Shown one piece after another: positions 48,584-62,659 of a stretch of DNA of 64,000 nt. This DNA comes from Thalia democratica (Eukaryota), in assembly GCA_965202585.1 (NCBI GenBank), contig OZ241832.1, positions 17,422,001 to 17,486,000 on the forward strand, read 5' to 3'. The first letter of the stretch is position 1, and every line of letters begins with the position of its first letter. The notes below the pieces were generated by a model that saw only the letters and a list, made by a program, of their open reading frames with translations, made no database searches and had not been told where the DNA came from. Both the position numbers and the translations under genes were made by a program.

Positions 48584-51500
48584 GTAACTATGCAATTACG
48601 ACAGCTTTGCAAACATTCAATTTTACTATATATTGAACTAATTTCGACGATAAGCCAGTTAGTAAACAGTTTTATGTATAATTTCTCTACGCAGAGGCTA
48701 AATTGTGCTCGTCTTGTTTAACTTTCGGCGCGTTTTGTCCGGTTTTTGTGCCAAAATCAACAAAAACTCGGTTTAATGAGCATTCGAGGCGGTCTTTAAT
48801 AAAATAAAAAAAATATTTTTCTAACAAATAATGTTTAAAAACGCTCAAATTGAAAATTAACTTTGTTGAAAGATGATTTTTGGCAGGAGTTTCAGTTTGT
48901 TTGCAATGCTGAGAAAGCGTTTTCGTTTTAAATATGCTCTGATTTTACGGCAGTTTTAAAAGTTTGTTTGCGTTAAAAAATATCGATTTTACGACTTTTT
49001 AATGCCATCGGAAAAAGTATACAAAATAGTTTATTTTCATTAGCGTAAACCGCCGATTTATAATTCTTCACGATAAAATGGTATTTTTATTTTATATTAA
49101 ATGCGAGATAGTTTTAAAAAGTTTGTTGTGCAAACAAAAAACAAAATTAATAAAGCGTTTAAAAACTTTGACTCTTTTAAATTAAATCTACCGTGAACTG
49201 GTTTGAAGCACCAAAATAAGACGATTCGCCCCACTAGAATGAAAATTATTTTCTACCAGGGATCAAGTTAAAAAATTGCCACTGAAGCCGATAAGTCTTT
49301 CAAATGTCAAGTAAGCGGCCTACTTGTATGTAACTAAATATTAAGTTACTTTGCAATCACTATGAAGATCAGTCTTTGTTTTCAATAATTACTTTAACTA
49401 GTTTCAATTATTAGACAACTGTAGTTTTTGTTCAGTTTGAAAAGCGTTTTTTCTTAATAATTATACAACTTGTATTTGAAAAGTTTTAAACATTAAAGAA
49501 ATATATTTTTGATTTGTCTTGTGCCATAGAGACATGAATGGATATTTTTACTTTTTTGTGTGTCTTGAAAATTAAATTAAAAATTACAGTACTAAAAAAG
49601 CTATATTAAAGTATTTTAGTATGTATTAACACTAAAACATTTTTAACTTCACAATTATTTAAGTAGTATAAATGTTTTCAGTATAATATTAACTTTCAAC
49701 ATTAATTAAGAAAGGGCTTAAACATGTTTTACTTGGAAAACTAATGAGAAAACTGTTTTCTGATAAACAAGTTTTAATATTACTAATATTTAAATTGAGA
49801 CGCGATAATAGGCCTATACAAAACTTTGAAACTTTCACTATTGTTTTTTTGTTTGTTTATTAATAAAGGTAATTAATTAAACTTCTCTATGAGAGAGTAA
49901 ATGTGTTTTGATACAAATAACAAGCATGTGTGTTGCAACAAACATTAAAACTTTGTTTTATCTAACATACAACATAATTAAACGGTCATTAGAAACTAAA
50001 ACAAGTAGAAAAATACCCATTTTTAACTTTTTGTTGTAAAATAAACTCTTTTTCTTTGTATTTGTTTTTTGAAAAATAAGTTTGTATTAGTTTTTGTTTA
50101 CTTACAAAATTGTAAGTTTTGATAGTTTCAAGTATTTTATTCTAAGCATCAGTATTTTATTTGTTAAAAGCCTCAATACAAAGTACTTTGTTTTTATTTA
50201 AATCAATTTAAAACAATCTCTAAACATATATAACTAAAACTAAACTTACTAAATAGTTTTTAGTTTAAGTCTTTAAATATTTGAAACACAACAAACATCT
50301 TGGTCACAATAAAACCAGCAACAAACAAAAACAAAAACTTCCCTTAAAAGTCTACTTAAATTGTTTGATAAAAAAACTAAGTTAAAAATATATTAAACTA
50401 ATTTAAATTCACAAAGTTACTGTCAATATAAAAAAAAATTCTAAATTGAATCAAAATTTATTGAAGCCACTTCAAGAGCAGCAAAATAAACAACCGTTTG
50501 TCAACATGCTAACAATTAAAATTAAATTTTTAATTAATTAAAATTTTATTTATTAAAATTAAAAAAAAAATAAGAAGCTTTTTCGGGCACGTTATATTTT
50601 GTTAAATATCAGTAATTTTTTATTTATTAATAAGGCGTTGATCGGTGAAGATTAAATTTTATATTTTTGTTTGCTTAACCAGTCAACTTTTTTGATATTT
50701 TATAACTTTACGTTACTTTGACTGTGTGTAGCAAAGTCTGGTTTGACTTAAGTTGTTTTATTTAGATTGTATTTTTATTTACTTCCTGTAAGCTTACTTA
50801 CATGTTTTAAAAATTATATAAAGTACAGGTAGTTTACATTTAAATATTAATCAGATTTATATCTCTATATTTAGATAGCTTAATTTTTTAACATTAGTAA
50901 TTACATACAAATTAGCCTCTTTCTTTGTACAAGTGCTTATCTCTTTATTGGCCTCTAATTGATTTCTAATTAAACGCTGAACCAACCTTGAGGCTGTTGA
51001 GTTTTATTGTTAAATTAGATATGTAAAAAAAAAGATTTTGGGGAGAAAAAAAGATTAATCTTAATTTTGACGGCTAAAATGCCGAAAAATAAACTCGTTT
51101 AAGAACAATTTTGTAATGTTGGACTTATGACGTTTTAAGATCGTAATACTTTAAATTTTTTTTTTGTTTTCGTGTTTTTTACGTGTGAAATGCGAAACAA
51201 GTCCAAGTAGTAATAGAAATCTTTCGGTATTTTGAAATAATTAAATCGATCAATAAGTTATTTTAGATTCTAAGGCAGTTGCACCTCTGCAAAACTATTG
51301 TCTGGTAGGTTAACAATTTTAATTTATATAAAATTCTAAGGTGGCGCCAATATTTACACATCTTTGATCATTTCAATTGTTCTTTATAGCGAGGTCTGAC
51401 GTTTTGTTAGATTTTGTTGAACTACGTGACAACAAAAATAAGGATTAGTACTGAAATTAAAATTTCTCACCCTCAAAACTTAAAAGTTAAATTTTAACTT

Positions 51501-52951
51501 TATTTGTTTATGTGCTTTTCAAGTAGATAAACATTGACTACATTCTAAAACAGGTACAAGTTCTATTTTTAAAGAATACGTTGTGAAATTTATATTAATC
51601 ACTTATAATGAGAAAATATTTTGTTTGTGAACCTTATTGGTTACTTTTAAACTTAACTTAATTTTATACCGGTTACAGTTAAGTTTCAAACGGAATGTTT
51701 TTAAAATATTTTTGCATAAACTAGCAAATAATAAAAATATTTAGTGTTTTTAAAAATTTATTCTTTTAAGCAGTAGTTGCTGAATGTTTTCATTTTACAA
51801 CTAAAGTTATAGAGTTGAAAAACCTGATTTCATTTAATGTTTTTTGTTGTTACTTTTAATGGTCTTTTTACATGGAAAAAAATAGTTGTTTCATCGTAAA
51901 AAATGCAACTAAAATGTTTGTATTAAAACTGCTGTAAAAAGCTTGAACTTTGTTTTACGAGCTTAATGTTCAAATCGTAAACTTTCACACACTTAAAACT
52001 ATCGAATAACAATTTAATATTTCAAAGTTACTATCAATTAGTATACAAAAGTCAAGTTTAATTTTAATTTGTAAGTTCTTCGCCTTACCTTTATTAGTGT
52101 CAATATAACTTCCTATTCTTCTTTATATAATCTTATTTAAGCTCGATTTAGTATTTTGAAAAAAATGAGGCTTATAATACAGGTGCATAAAAAATTAGTT
52201 GCAGAAATTTAATTCGCACATAACAAAAATTATTTGAAGTTGTTTTTTAAGTTTCATTGTTAGCAAATTCTATGTAGTCTTAAAATTTTTAATTATGTTC
52301 CCACAATAAAAACTAAGTTAACGTTGAGAAAACTTTGGATTTTAGAGTTGGAAGTAGAAAACTTTTAACTATTTTTTCCTTTGAAGTTTTCCGAAAAGTT
52401 CTTTTACGCGCCAAATTTAGTGTAAACTTTTCTTGCAAAGACAATTAAACTGAAGATTCTTCAGATCATTTTTCATAAAGGAATCATCATAATAAATCGT
52501 GCTGCTTTGTTAAGAGTGCAAAAATAGTTTTTCCAATTTTTACGATCAGAGTTTTTCTAACAACTAAACTTTTTATTGATGTATAAAAAAAAAATAATGT
52601 AAATAAAAACTTTTATTGTTTAATGATTCTTAAGATTAGTATAAGTTTACTTTTTAAATTGAAATACTGTAACTTTTGTCTGCTTTATTTATTTATAGTG
52701 TTTAAACAAAGAAAAGTATTTCTAAATTTTTTTACACTGCAAGTCAACACAAAATAAAAATCCTTAAACTAAATATTATTGTTTCACGTTTAATAGCTTA
52801 GTTATGAATTTTTTTATATGCAAACGTGACACTGTGTTTATTGGTTACAAGACCTGTGCACGAATTTCTGTGAAAAGGAAAACAAATTTTGCCTCAATGT
52901 TTAATTAGGCTTAGTTATTACAACTGTTTATCTCCCTTTATCGCCCATAAG

Positions 52952-52997
52952 CACCTTGGTTGCCATGACAACAGTTCACCTTGATTGTCATGACAAC
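52952..52997. promoter_or_regulatory. X-box-like tandem pair, unit 3
   Basis: GTTGCCATGACAAC (52959-52972) and ATTGTCATGACAAC (52984-52997). Confidence 0.55.
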
Positions 52998-53335
52998 GCA
53001 TAAAGGTTTTTTTTGTGCTGCTTGTACATCTAAAATATTTTATATAAAACTATGGCTTAATTGAAAAATTGACATGTCACGATGCCTTTTGTGATAATTT
53101 GTTAATTACACCATTATTTTACTTCTAAAAGTTCCATCGTACAAATGGCAAATAAAAATCTCGATGTAAATTGAAGCCTATTGAACCTTTGTACTAGTAA
53201 AATTAATTACCTTCTTAAGTTAAAAAAAAGTTATTAAACTTTTCAAATAAAGTTAAAACATTTTGTAACTTTTTTCAGTTAATATATATTTAATTAAAGC
53301 AAATAATTTTATAATATTGGATCAAGATATCAAAA

Positions 53336-55392
53336 ATGAAGAAACTGTTCATAATGTTCATGGTGATAACCACGACAATTATAACCGGTTGTCATTGTGA
53401 TAAAAAAGAAGTCTGTCGACAAAATCGTAATAAAATATTCTGTCAAGAAAGAGAACTGAAAGAGATTCCATCGAATGTATTAGGGCCCGAAGCAACTACT
53501 CTACTTCTCTATGGTAACCAGATTGAAAGTGACCAGCAACTAGACTTTCATCTGGGTATGTTCAAAAATCTTGAGACCCTTGATATGCATAACAACCACC
53601 TTAACAAAGTTCCCAAAGCCCCAAAAACTATCAAGAAGCTAGACCTTGATTCCAATAAAATCACCAGAGTTAGCAAGTATCTTGATCACCTGAGAGAACT
53701 GAAGGTATTATCTTTGAGGTCAAACCAACTGAATGACGCTTCTTTTGACTCAAAGACTTTCTCTGAAAACAATAAATTAGAGGAAATCAACTTAGATTAC
53801 AACCAGTTAGAATTCATACCTAAAAACCTGCCAAGAAGTTTAAAAAAGTTGACGCTGAAAAATAACTCTATACTCAGCATCCAACGTAATAGTTTGAATC
53901 ATTTAGTAAGTTTAAAGTTTCTAATGATTGAAGAGAACTATATAACTAACGAGAACATTGAAAAGAACTCATTTTCGCACTTAAACAATCTTATAGATTT
54001 AAACTTGCAAAATAACGAGCTGACAGACGTACCTTTGGGTCTTCCGTACACTCTTAAGAACTTATACTTGTCACACAACCAGATAGAGTACATCAACATT
54101 GAAGATGGACCTCACAGTGGTACCTTGTTTAAGTTTGAAGAACTAAAGTTTGTAGATCTAAGCTACAACAAACTGAAAAGTGTTCAACCTCGTTCATTAG
54201 ACAGCGTCAAAGCTGCAAGTTTCAAAGGTAACAAATGGGTTTGTGATTGTTGGTTGGATTATTTCAGATCATGGCTCGAAACTTCAATTAGTAACAAGGA
54301 TCTCACTTGCGAAGGTGGGCCACAGATTTTGTTTGGGAAGTCATTAAAAGAAGTTGGAGAACTTCGATGTCAGTCTAGATACAGGGCAAGAAATTTCATC
54401 AGTGCTTCTGTTAATTACAATTCAATCAAAATAACCTGGCAGCATCCATATAAACCACCTACCTTCGTACAAACTCTTGTATTATATGGTGAATGTGTCA
54501 ATTGTAACGAACGTACAATGTACCGGAATAACATAGCAGTAGAAGACATGACTTCGAGATACATGACCACTAATTTTACTTTAGTAGACAAAAAAGCAAA
54601 TAAACTGGCAACTGAACTGAAAAACTTAAAAAGTAATATGATGTATCACGTTTGTGTTTATGACAGTGAACAAAATATTGATGACGTCACTAACACCCAG
54701 TGTAGGTTGATCAAGACCAATCCAAAATCAGTAACTAGTTCCTATGTAGATCCTGTCTACTTGGCCCTGATAGTTTTATCCATTTTGTTACTACTGACAG
54801 TGCTTGCTACTGCTACTTACTGTTTGTTTTACCACCACCTAAGTGGACTTTCCAAGTTCAAACGCCATAAAACTGCATTTCCATTAAGCTCTGTCGATTT
54901 GGAACGTGAATTTCATTCTATGAACCATCAAAGCCTCCCTCGAGGATTCCAGGGACATCCTGAAGATTACCTGAATCAACAACTTCGACCTCAACCATCC
55001 ATACCTGTCACGACGACCCACAACAACCTTAGTCATCACAACAACCAACCTGATTACAACACCCAGTGGTCGAACCGAACCTACGCCGAGTGTGGGTCGT
55101 ACCACATGTCACAACAGCGACACCCAACGAGAGAACCCGCAATCAATCAGCTCATACCACCCATGTTTCAACCAAGAGACGATGATTGTTACCAGGACAA
55201 CCGAGACGCGGCTGTTGACGCAGCAAGTGAATTCCAGTCGTTGCTGCCTGGCAACAAGAACTCACCTGCGTACGAGTTTCCGCGGGTTCTGGTTAGAAAC
55301 TCCTCTAATATGAGTAACCTTTCGTCACTTGTAGATGAAGAAAATACAAGACTGTCATCACCTTTAGGGCCATACACCAACGGTTGCAGCAG
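53336..55392 (+). CDS. FLRT: FLRT-like LRR-FN3 transmembrane protein C, main coding exon
   Basis: Same architecture as gene A. Acceptor ttttttcag at 53278; donor AGCAG|GTTAGA at 55392/55393 aligns with the gene A donor. Confidence 0.88.
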
Positions 55393-58264
55393 GTTAGAGT
55401 TGTTTATTAATTTTATTCATTTCTAGTTCTACTTTAACCGTAAAATTTTCATTTTAATCTATAGGTAGTACTCAACTATATACAAACTTAATACTACTAG
55501 TGTGTACTTATTAATTGAATAGTAATTTGTCATATATTGCTGTTTTGTATAAAACCATACAATCATTTAGATTAAAATCATAGTCGTAGCTAAAACTGAA
55601 GTAAAACAGTCTTTCTTGGTATGTAATTCATGAATTTCTTTTTTTCTTAGCTCAAAGTAGTTTCAACCTCACATACAATTGATCAGAACGCGTCTCTTAA
55701 AGCCGCAAAAATGCGGACACTTGTTTGTAGCAACAATTAACATGATGCTGAGTTAAAAAACATTTTGCCGACCGATTATCATTATGACGTCATATAGATA
55801 AAAGGGGAAGTTGTGAGGATAATTTAGTTGAGGGTTCTCAAAATAATCCTAAACAATCAACCCTTTTCTTTATTTCGCTTACAAAAAGAGTTTGGTCTTT
55901 TGAGTTTAATTGTTGTTTCCACTTGTTGTACAAAAGAGGTTAAGTAGAAAAATGATTACAGAAGTTTAGCAGCTTTTTTCCATATTTTATTAAACACATG
56001 CATGCAAGTCATCTAAAATCAAGAACGAGATATTAAACAAATAAGTAAAGTCTAGTAATTGTAAATTAATATGTGCTTGTTGTCATTGAAAAGTTTTACT
56101 TATTTTTATAATACTTATAAAGCAGCGGCATTTCAGAGTTTACTATTTGTTCAATTAAATTGCCTTGTTGACAAAATTCAAAGCTTTAAGTTACTTCTTT
56201 GTGAATAATGTTATTTGCTTCTTAGGTATGTTTTAATCGAACTAATTTAGCTTTCCAGAAATCTTTTGTTGTTAAAAAATGCTTCATGGCTTTTTTAAAA
56301 CTTCATTTTACTTAATATCATCGTAAGCTCTGAACTTATTTTTTTAATTTGTTGCATGTAAACTTTCTAAATGTTGTTATACAAAATCATTAGCTTCTTT
56401 TCAAAGTAAACAAAAAACCTTTATAAAAGTTTTAGCATATTTTTAAAACAAAAATCAAATCTTTTTTTTTGTGCTAGGTAATAAAAGCTACTTTTTATGG
56501 TTTTAAAAATTTTTCCTCTCAGAATTTTTTTAAAGCTTTTGAAGTTTTTTTGAAATAGGTTTTTTAAAAGTTAGCAAAAGTTTCAAAAGTTTTAATGATT
56601 ATTCCCTACTCTTTTATATTTTAAGTAAATTAGCTTTGACTACTATATGCAGTAAGAAATTAATGAAACTATATGCTCTTTGTACTAAGCTTAAAACGAG
56701 TGTAAGGTACAAGATATATAAAAACAACTTAAAACTTTACCAAAATTACTAAATTTAAAAATTCACGAGCTAAAATAAGCAATCTTTGAATTCTTGTTTA
56801 AAATTTCTTCATTACACTCTGTATTTTAAAAGTAAAGGTGTTAAAATTTTTCTAAGATGACAAAATATAAAGTATAAATAGTTTCTTATCTATCAACAAT
56901 TGCAAAATGGCCCATTATCTAAATGGGCCATAATGTAAACTACAATTTAATGCTAACAAATTGGTCTTTTGTGCTCCACCTTCCCAAACTAGGGTCTTAA
57001 CAGTTTACTAATTTCAAGATATAGATCTGATTATCACCCCCAGCTTTTACACTGGAAGTTTCAGCAAATTGAAAGCGTAAGTATCAAATAAGCAAGTATT
57101 CTTAAGTTAAACGTTTTGACTTTTTTTTGTTTAGGCTACCAAGGGTTTTAATATTTTAAATTTGATTTTAAATCGTAAAATAATGGGCGTACAGATAAAT
57201 GAAAAAGATACACATTAGTGTTTAAATATATTGTGACCATAACCGTTATGTTGTGAATTCTACAACTGTAAACTTTACTGTTTTATTTATATTTGTTTAA
57301 CTTCTCTAGATTACAAGCAATTTTTGTTGATAAGTAAGGATTTATATTAAACTATTTAAAAATTAAACATTAAAAATTCAGTAGTGTACTTTTTAACTAT
57401 TATATTTAAAAGTTTTATGAAAAGATTCAAAATTTTTAACTAATGCAGTTTTCTTTTTATTTTAGAACGTTAGCATTTACTGATCGATTTATTTTTTTAT
57501 CGCCGATCTAATGACCTCTACTTTGCAACAATTGTGAGTCATAATAAGATGCTAAAATATTTTGTTTGTTTTCAACCTCATTACCAATTTCATGGTCAGT
57601 AACAACGAGATTTATATTTGATAAAAGTATGTCACATCGCATGAAACAAATTGATGAATTAATGCGTTCACTAGTTGTTAAAAAACATCCAAAAAAGCTT
57701 AAAAGTTCAAGCGTGGTTTGCTTGAAAATATATACATATATATAACCTGTCACGGTAAAAAGTTTAAATAGAATCATTTAATATATTCGATGCCAAAAAA
57801 CTTATCGAAAACGTTGAGTGATGGAGATGAAAGTAACTACAGTTACGTCATAATGTGTATTTATAAGAGAATTGGCACTTAAACATCTGTTTTGAGAGAC
57901 TTTTACACACTACATGACTGGAATTTTATCTAGTAACACTTTTACTTTATGCTACTCATAACAATTGAAATGACACACTCAAAATGTTTTTTTAAAACTT
58001 ATAAATAAGCCACATTTTTTACTTACTTTACTTAAAGTAACGATTTAAAAAAATTAATCGGTTAATTTATATTAAAACTAATAGAAGCAATTGAGTTTAT
58101 TCAAAAAATAAATGTATAATTGTATAAAAAAAAAACCAAAATTTACTAATTCAAAAAACACGATTACTTTAATATCTAATTTTATTTCAGTTTTTTTATC
58201 TTATTCGGATTTTGAAGTTATGTAACAAGTTGAATATCATTAATTGTAATTGATTTTTTTACAG

Positions 58265-58502
58265 TGACCAGAACGGACAAGACACAATGTCAACTAACTA
58301 CGAATCCAGTCCTTCACCTGTACACAAAGTTTCCATGACAACCCACAACAATGACGTAAGATCCGATGACGTAACAAGACCGTACGATCACCTGATACGT
58401 CATTCGTCATCAGTGACGTCACCGTCGTTTCTACGCAACAGTAGCGCATTGTCACGTGACAGCGAGTATCAGCAGGTAAACCAGGCAGGCATCAAGTGGT
58501 AA
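58265..58502 (+). CDS. FLRT: FLRT-like protein C, terminal coding exon; joined protein ~764 aa
   Basis: Acceptor ttttttacag|T; AG|T = Ser keeps the frame into DQNGQDTMSTNYESS...; homologous to 16872-17139. Confidence 0.8.
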
Positions 58503-61500
58503 GAAAGATGACGTCACTAGAAGATTACTATGTAACAACTAAGATGAACATACAATAGGTGAAGGTTGCTAAATCACTAGCGGTGTTTGTTAAAAGCTGC
58601 AGGTTGCTAGAAAATTTACGTTAGGGTGATTGTTATAAAAGTACATTATTAATTTTAATCTTTATAGTTAACTGTGAAATTAGTTTAAATGTAAAATTAA
58701 ACTACTCAACAACTTTGAGTTTTTCTTTAGTAAGTAAACTATTTTATACAATATAACAATTGGTAATTGAAAATATGAGTTTCATACAAATTTATAAAGT
58801 TTATAGTACTATTGTTGGTAAACTGTTTGTGTTGAAATACTGTATAATGATTTAACTTTTTGTTCTAATGTTTATATTTTAGTTTTTAAATTTTATTGAA
58901 AGAATTGAAAAGACACTTTTTATTCTATAAGTCTGATTTTCTTTAATATGCTAAATATATGAAAACCTATTTTTATAAAAAATAATTGAATGACTAGTTT
59001 TTTTTCCATATTCTTTCTTATGTGATCTTTTGTAATACAGGACACAAATGTGCTCTTATTTGTGTTATAAATCATTTTGTTGCTTTTCATTGCCACAATG
59101 TTTTATGTTTCATTATGCTACAATTTATTATCATGAAATCTACCTGACAATAACAAACAAACTAAACTGTTGTACTTACATTCTACATAAATGTCAGATT
59201 ATATATATTTTTTCCTTTTAGTTACCCTCAGTTGGCACTAGTAAAAACACTTTTATTGTACTAAATTTAACTTTAGCATTATTCTTGTGCCAACTTTTAT
59301 ACATTATAGTGTCTTTTTTGATGTCGATTCAAAATGAAATAAAAATGCTATGGATACATCACGCTTTTGTTTTATTTATAATAAACAGTTTTAAACTTTT
59401 TCTTCGATTTTAGTAGTTCTTATAACGAAGTTTAGAAATACAAAGTGAAATATAAATGTAATAGTTACTTTTGTTCAAACAGTCTTCAAATTAATATACA
59501 ACAAAACATTTTAAAGTACCTATACTAGAATACAAAATACAGCTTGTTTTAAATTTTTGATTTTAGTTATGTTTTCAGTTTACTTATTTGTTAAAGTAAA
59601 AACTATGTGAGTTTTTTTTTTTTTTCAAACCTATACTAATCTTTTATGTTAATCATCAGTTTTAGTTTTTTTACGTTAATTTAAAGTAAGAGATTATTTA
59701 CATACATGTGTATATATGTTTGTATGTAACTGTGGATCAGACGTATAGTTTGTTAAGTATGAAAGAAAATACACTTTATATTGAAAAAAGTGTTGCATAG
59801 TATTGAAACAACACTTATCCTTGCAATCTCCGAACTAAAAATATATTACTAAAAAGTTATGAGTAAAGTTTCAACTAACACTTTAAGGCTTGTAACTACT
59901 TATTTTTGTGTTTTCTTCTGCCAACAAACACTTCAGAATTTATTAAAACTTGTATATTTTTCTTTACTTTTTGTCTAGACTTTTCATACTTGTGATAAAA
60001 TTATTAGGAAATAGGTTATTTTAAATTACACTTGTAACCATTGAAAATTTCTTGTTTTTCACACGGGTTTTTTGTAAAGTCAGAAATTTCAGGGTCTTTT
60101 ATTTGCTTTTCATTTATGCTCTAGTGTTTATCTTATGAATAATAAAGTGTTAGTGGCAAGATAGAATATTTCTCCTATTTGTTTGTGGAAGTCTTACAAA
60201 ACAACAATCATTTCTATTGAAAGCTTAATTGAAACAAATAATCGAATTTTATGTCTTCAAAGGATAAACTTTAATAATACAAGTATTTTTATAAGTTTTT
60301 TTTTTGTGTTGTGTTGGGTGTTTTGATTGTTGAAAATAAAGTACTTTTTTAACAGTTATTAATTGAAACATGTGCCTTTTTTTGTGACAGAAAGCTGATT
60401 AAACACAATATTAAATGTTAACAAAAATTGTTTAGACATGTTCTGTTAAATTAATTTTTCGTTAAGTAAAACAATCTAATATGTTATACGCTTAGCATAA
60501 TCAAGTTATAATCATGTATCTAACTTTCACGTTAAGTTTTATTGATAACAATATATTTTAACTAAAAAAATTAATATTGAAGTTTTAAGGTGTTTTACTG
60601 ATTTAATTTAGTTCAAACATTTTCATATACACTGTATGTTTATTTCATGCGCGTTAAGGTAAAAATATTGTTTTGGATATCAGATAAAGTCATTGAAATT
60701 AAATCGGTTGTAGAAGTTAAGTTGTTGTTATCACATATACTCACTAAAACTCTACATTTTTTATAGTATTTGATAAGTTAAATGTTAATTCAAAGTTTAA
60801 AAAATATCCATATATTAATCTTTTTAAAACTTATTGCTATTAAATTATAATTTAATGCAATAAGTTTGGAGCTTTTATTATCTTGTTGTACAATTTAACA
60901 GCAACATAGTTGTTTTTAAAACAAGTCATTAACCATTATAACCAATAAAAATGCAGTCTACATTTAAAAATTAGTTTAATTGATATTTAAAAATCACAAC
61001 GTAGTAGTACTTTAGGATTTGCTTTTGTAAAACTAATTTTTTTTTAAAGTTGTAATTTTTTGCAGCAAAAAAGTAAAGTTATCACAAGCATTAATAGCAT
61101 CTTCTAACTTAACCCTAAATTTATAATTTAATGAGTAAATTCCTTGTAAAGTTTGTTAGCTTACTGAATAAACACTGCAAATATTTATGATACATAGATT
61201 TTAATATTGCGACAAAATATATTCCATATCATACAATGTTGATGTTTTTAATTTTATTGTTTTAAAATGAAAAATAAACTTGAATTAGTTGACAACAATT
61301 TTTTGCATAAACCTTATAATTTTGTGTTAATTTCATACTTATAAATGGCAATCTTCTTTTCTAGTAAGTTAGTATAGCAATTTCAGCTTTACCTAGTTTA
61401 TGTGCTATAAAAGCAGTAATAAAACAAAATTTTAACAAGAAAAGACTTATATGTTCTTAATTATATTATTCAGTCTAGGTAAAGCATTGAGTAAAACGTC

Positions 61501-62659
61501 GTTTTAATTGAATCGAATAATCTTCAGCAAATATAAAAGTCGAAAAAGCGTTAATAGGAGGTGTCATTTGCAAGTAACAAATTAAACGAGCATTTTAATT
61601 AGGTCAATGAAGGAATGTTCTCATAAAGCAGACCACACATATTTTTAAGATGCTTCTGTTCAAGTTAATTATTAACTAGGTCGTAGGGTTGCTTAACATG
61701 ACCAGATTGTTGTAAAACAATCAATTTGTTCAAGATATAAAACAAATATAGCTCGAAATAATGAAGAAAATCAGTTAACAATCAATATGTTATATTTTTA
61801 TTTTAGAATATAAATAAAAATTTTTACATACGCTGCAAATAAAAAATCTTGTCAAAAATGATGATTTCAAAGCCGAAATCTAACAAAGACAAATCTTAAT
61901 GAAATATCTTAATATAGCTAATTTAATGCTTTGTATAGTTTTTAAAACTATGTGTACGTTTCTGAAACATAAAAAACTACTTTTGTCTTAAAAATTGTAT
62001 AAAATCTTCTAAAATGAAGCATTAAACAGGATTTACATCGACATTTACAAACTTATTATAAAAAAAATGTTTTCCAACAGTTTTTTTACTACATTAACTA
62101 TCCTTAACCTTTAACATACTGTCCACAAGAATTTGTTATACCAACATTTAGTTTCTTTGTTATGCTTTTGATGATAAACAAGACATTAGACAATTGATGA
62201 TGATATAAAAAACAAAAGAAAATTAATATCAATTCGATTAACAGGGAGGGACGACAAGCATTGTTACGTCATAAAAACTGAAATATGCTTTAAACAAAGC
62301 ATGACTCTTTTCAAGTATTAAAACATACAACAAACATACTTCAAAGTATCAGCAAACCAATATTAAAGTTTATTTGTTTACATTTTAAAACATTGAGAAT
62401 TTTTGTAGGTATAAAAACTAAATACGTTAATTACGCCGTAAACTGAGACTAATATGCAAGCATAAGAACGAAATTAAAAACTTGAAGTATACAAACAAAA
62501 CTTTTAGTGACATCAGAAAGAAAGATACTTTTAGTCTTCTAATTAATCTGAAAAAAAAATTCAACAGTTTAATTCAGTAGATGAAAACCTTATAATATGA
62601 CTCAAAAAAAATACAAATTACATTTCAAAACCTTTTTAGCATATTACGAAAAACTACCG

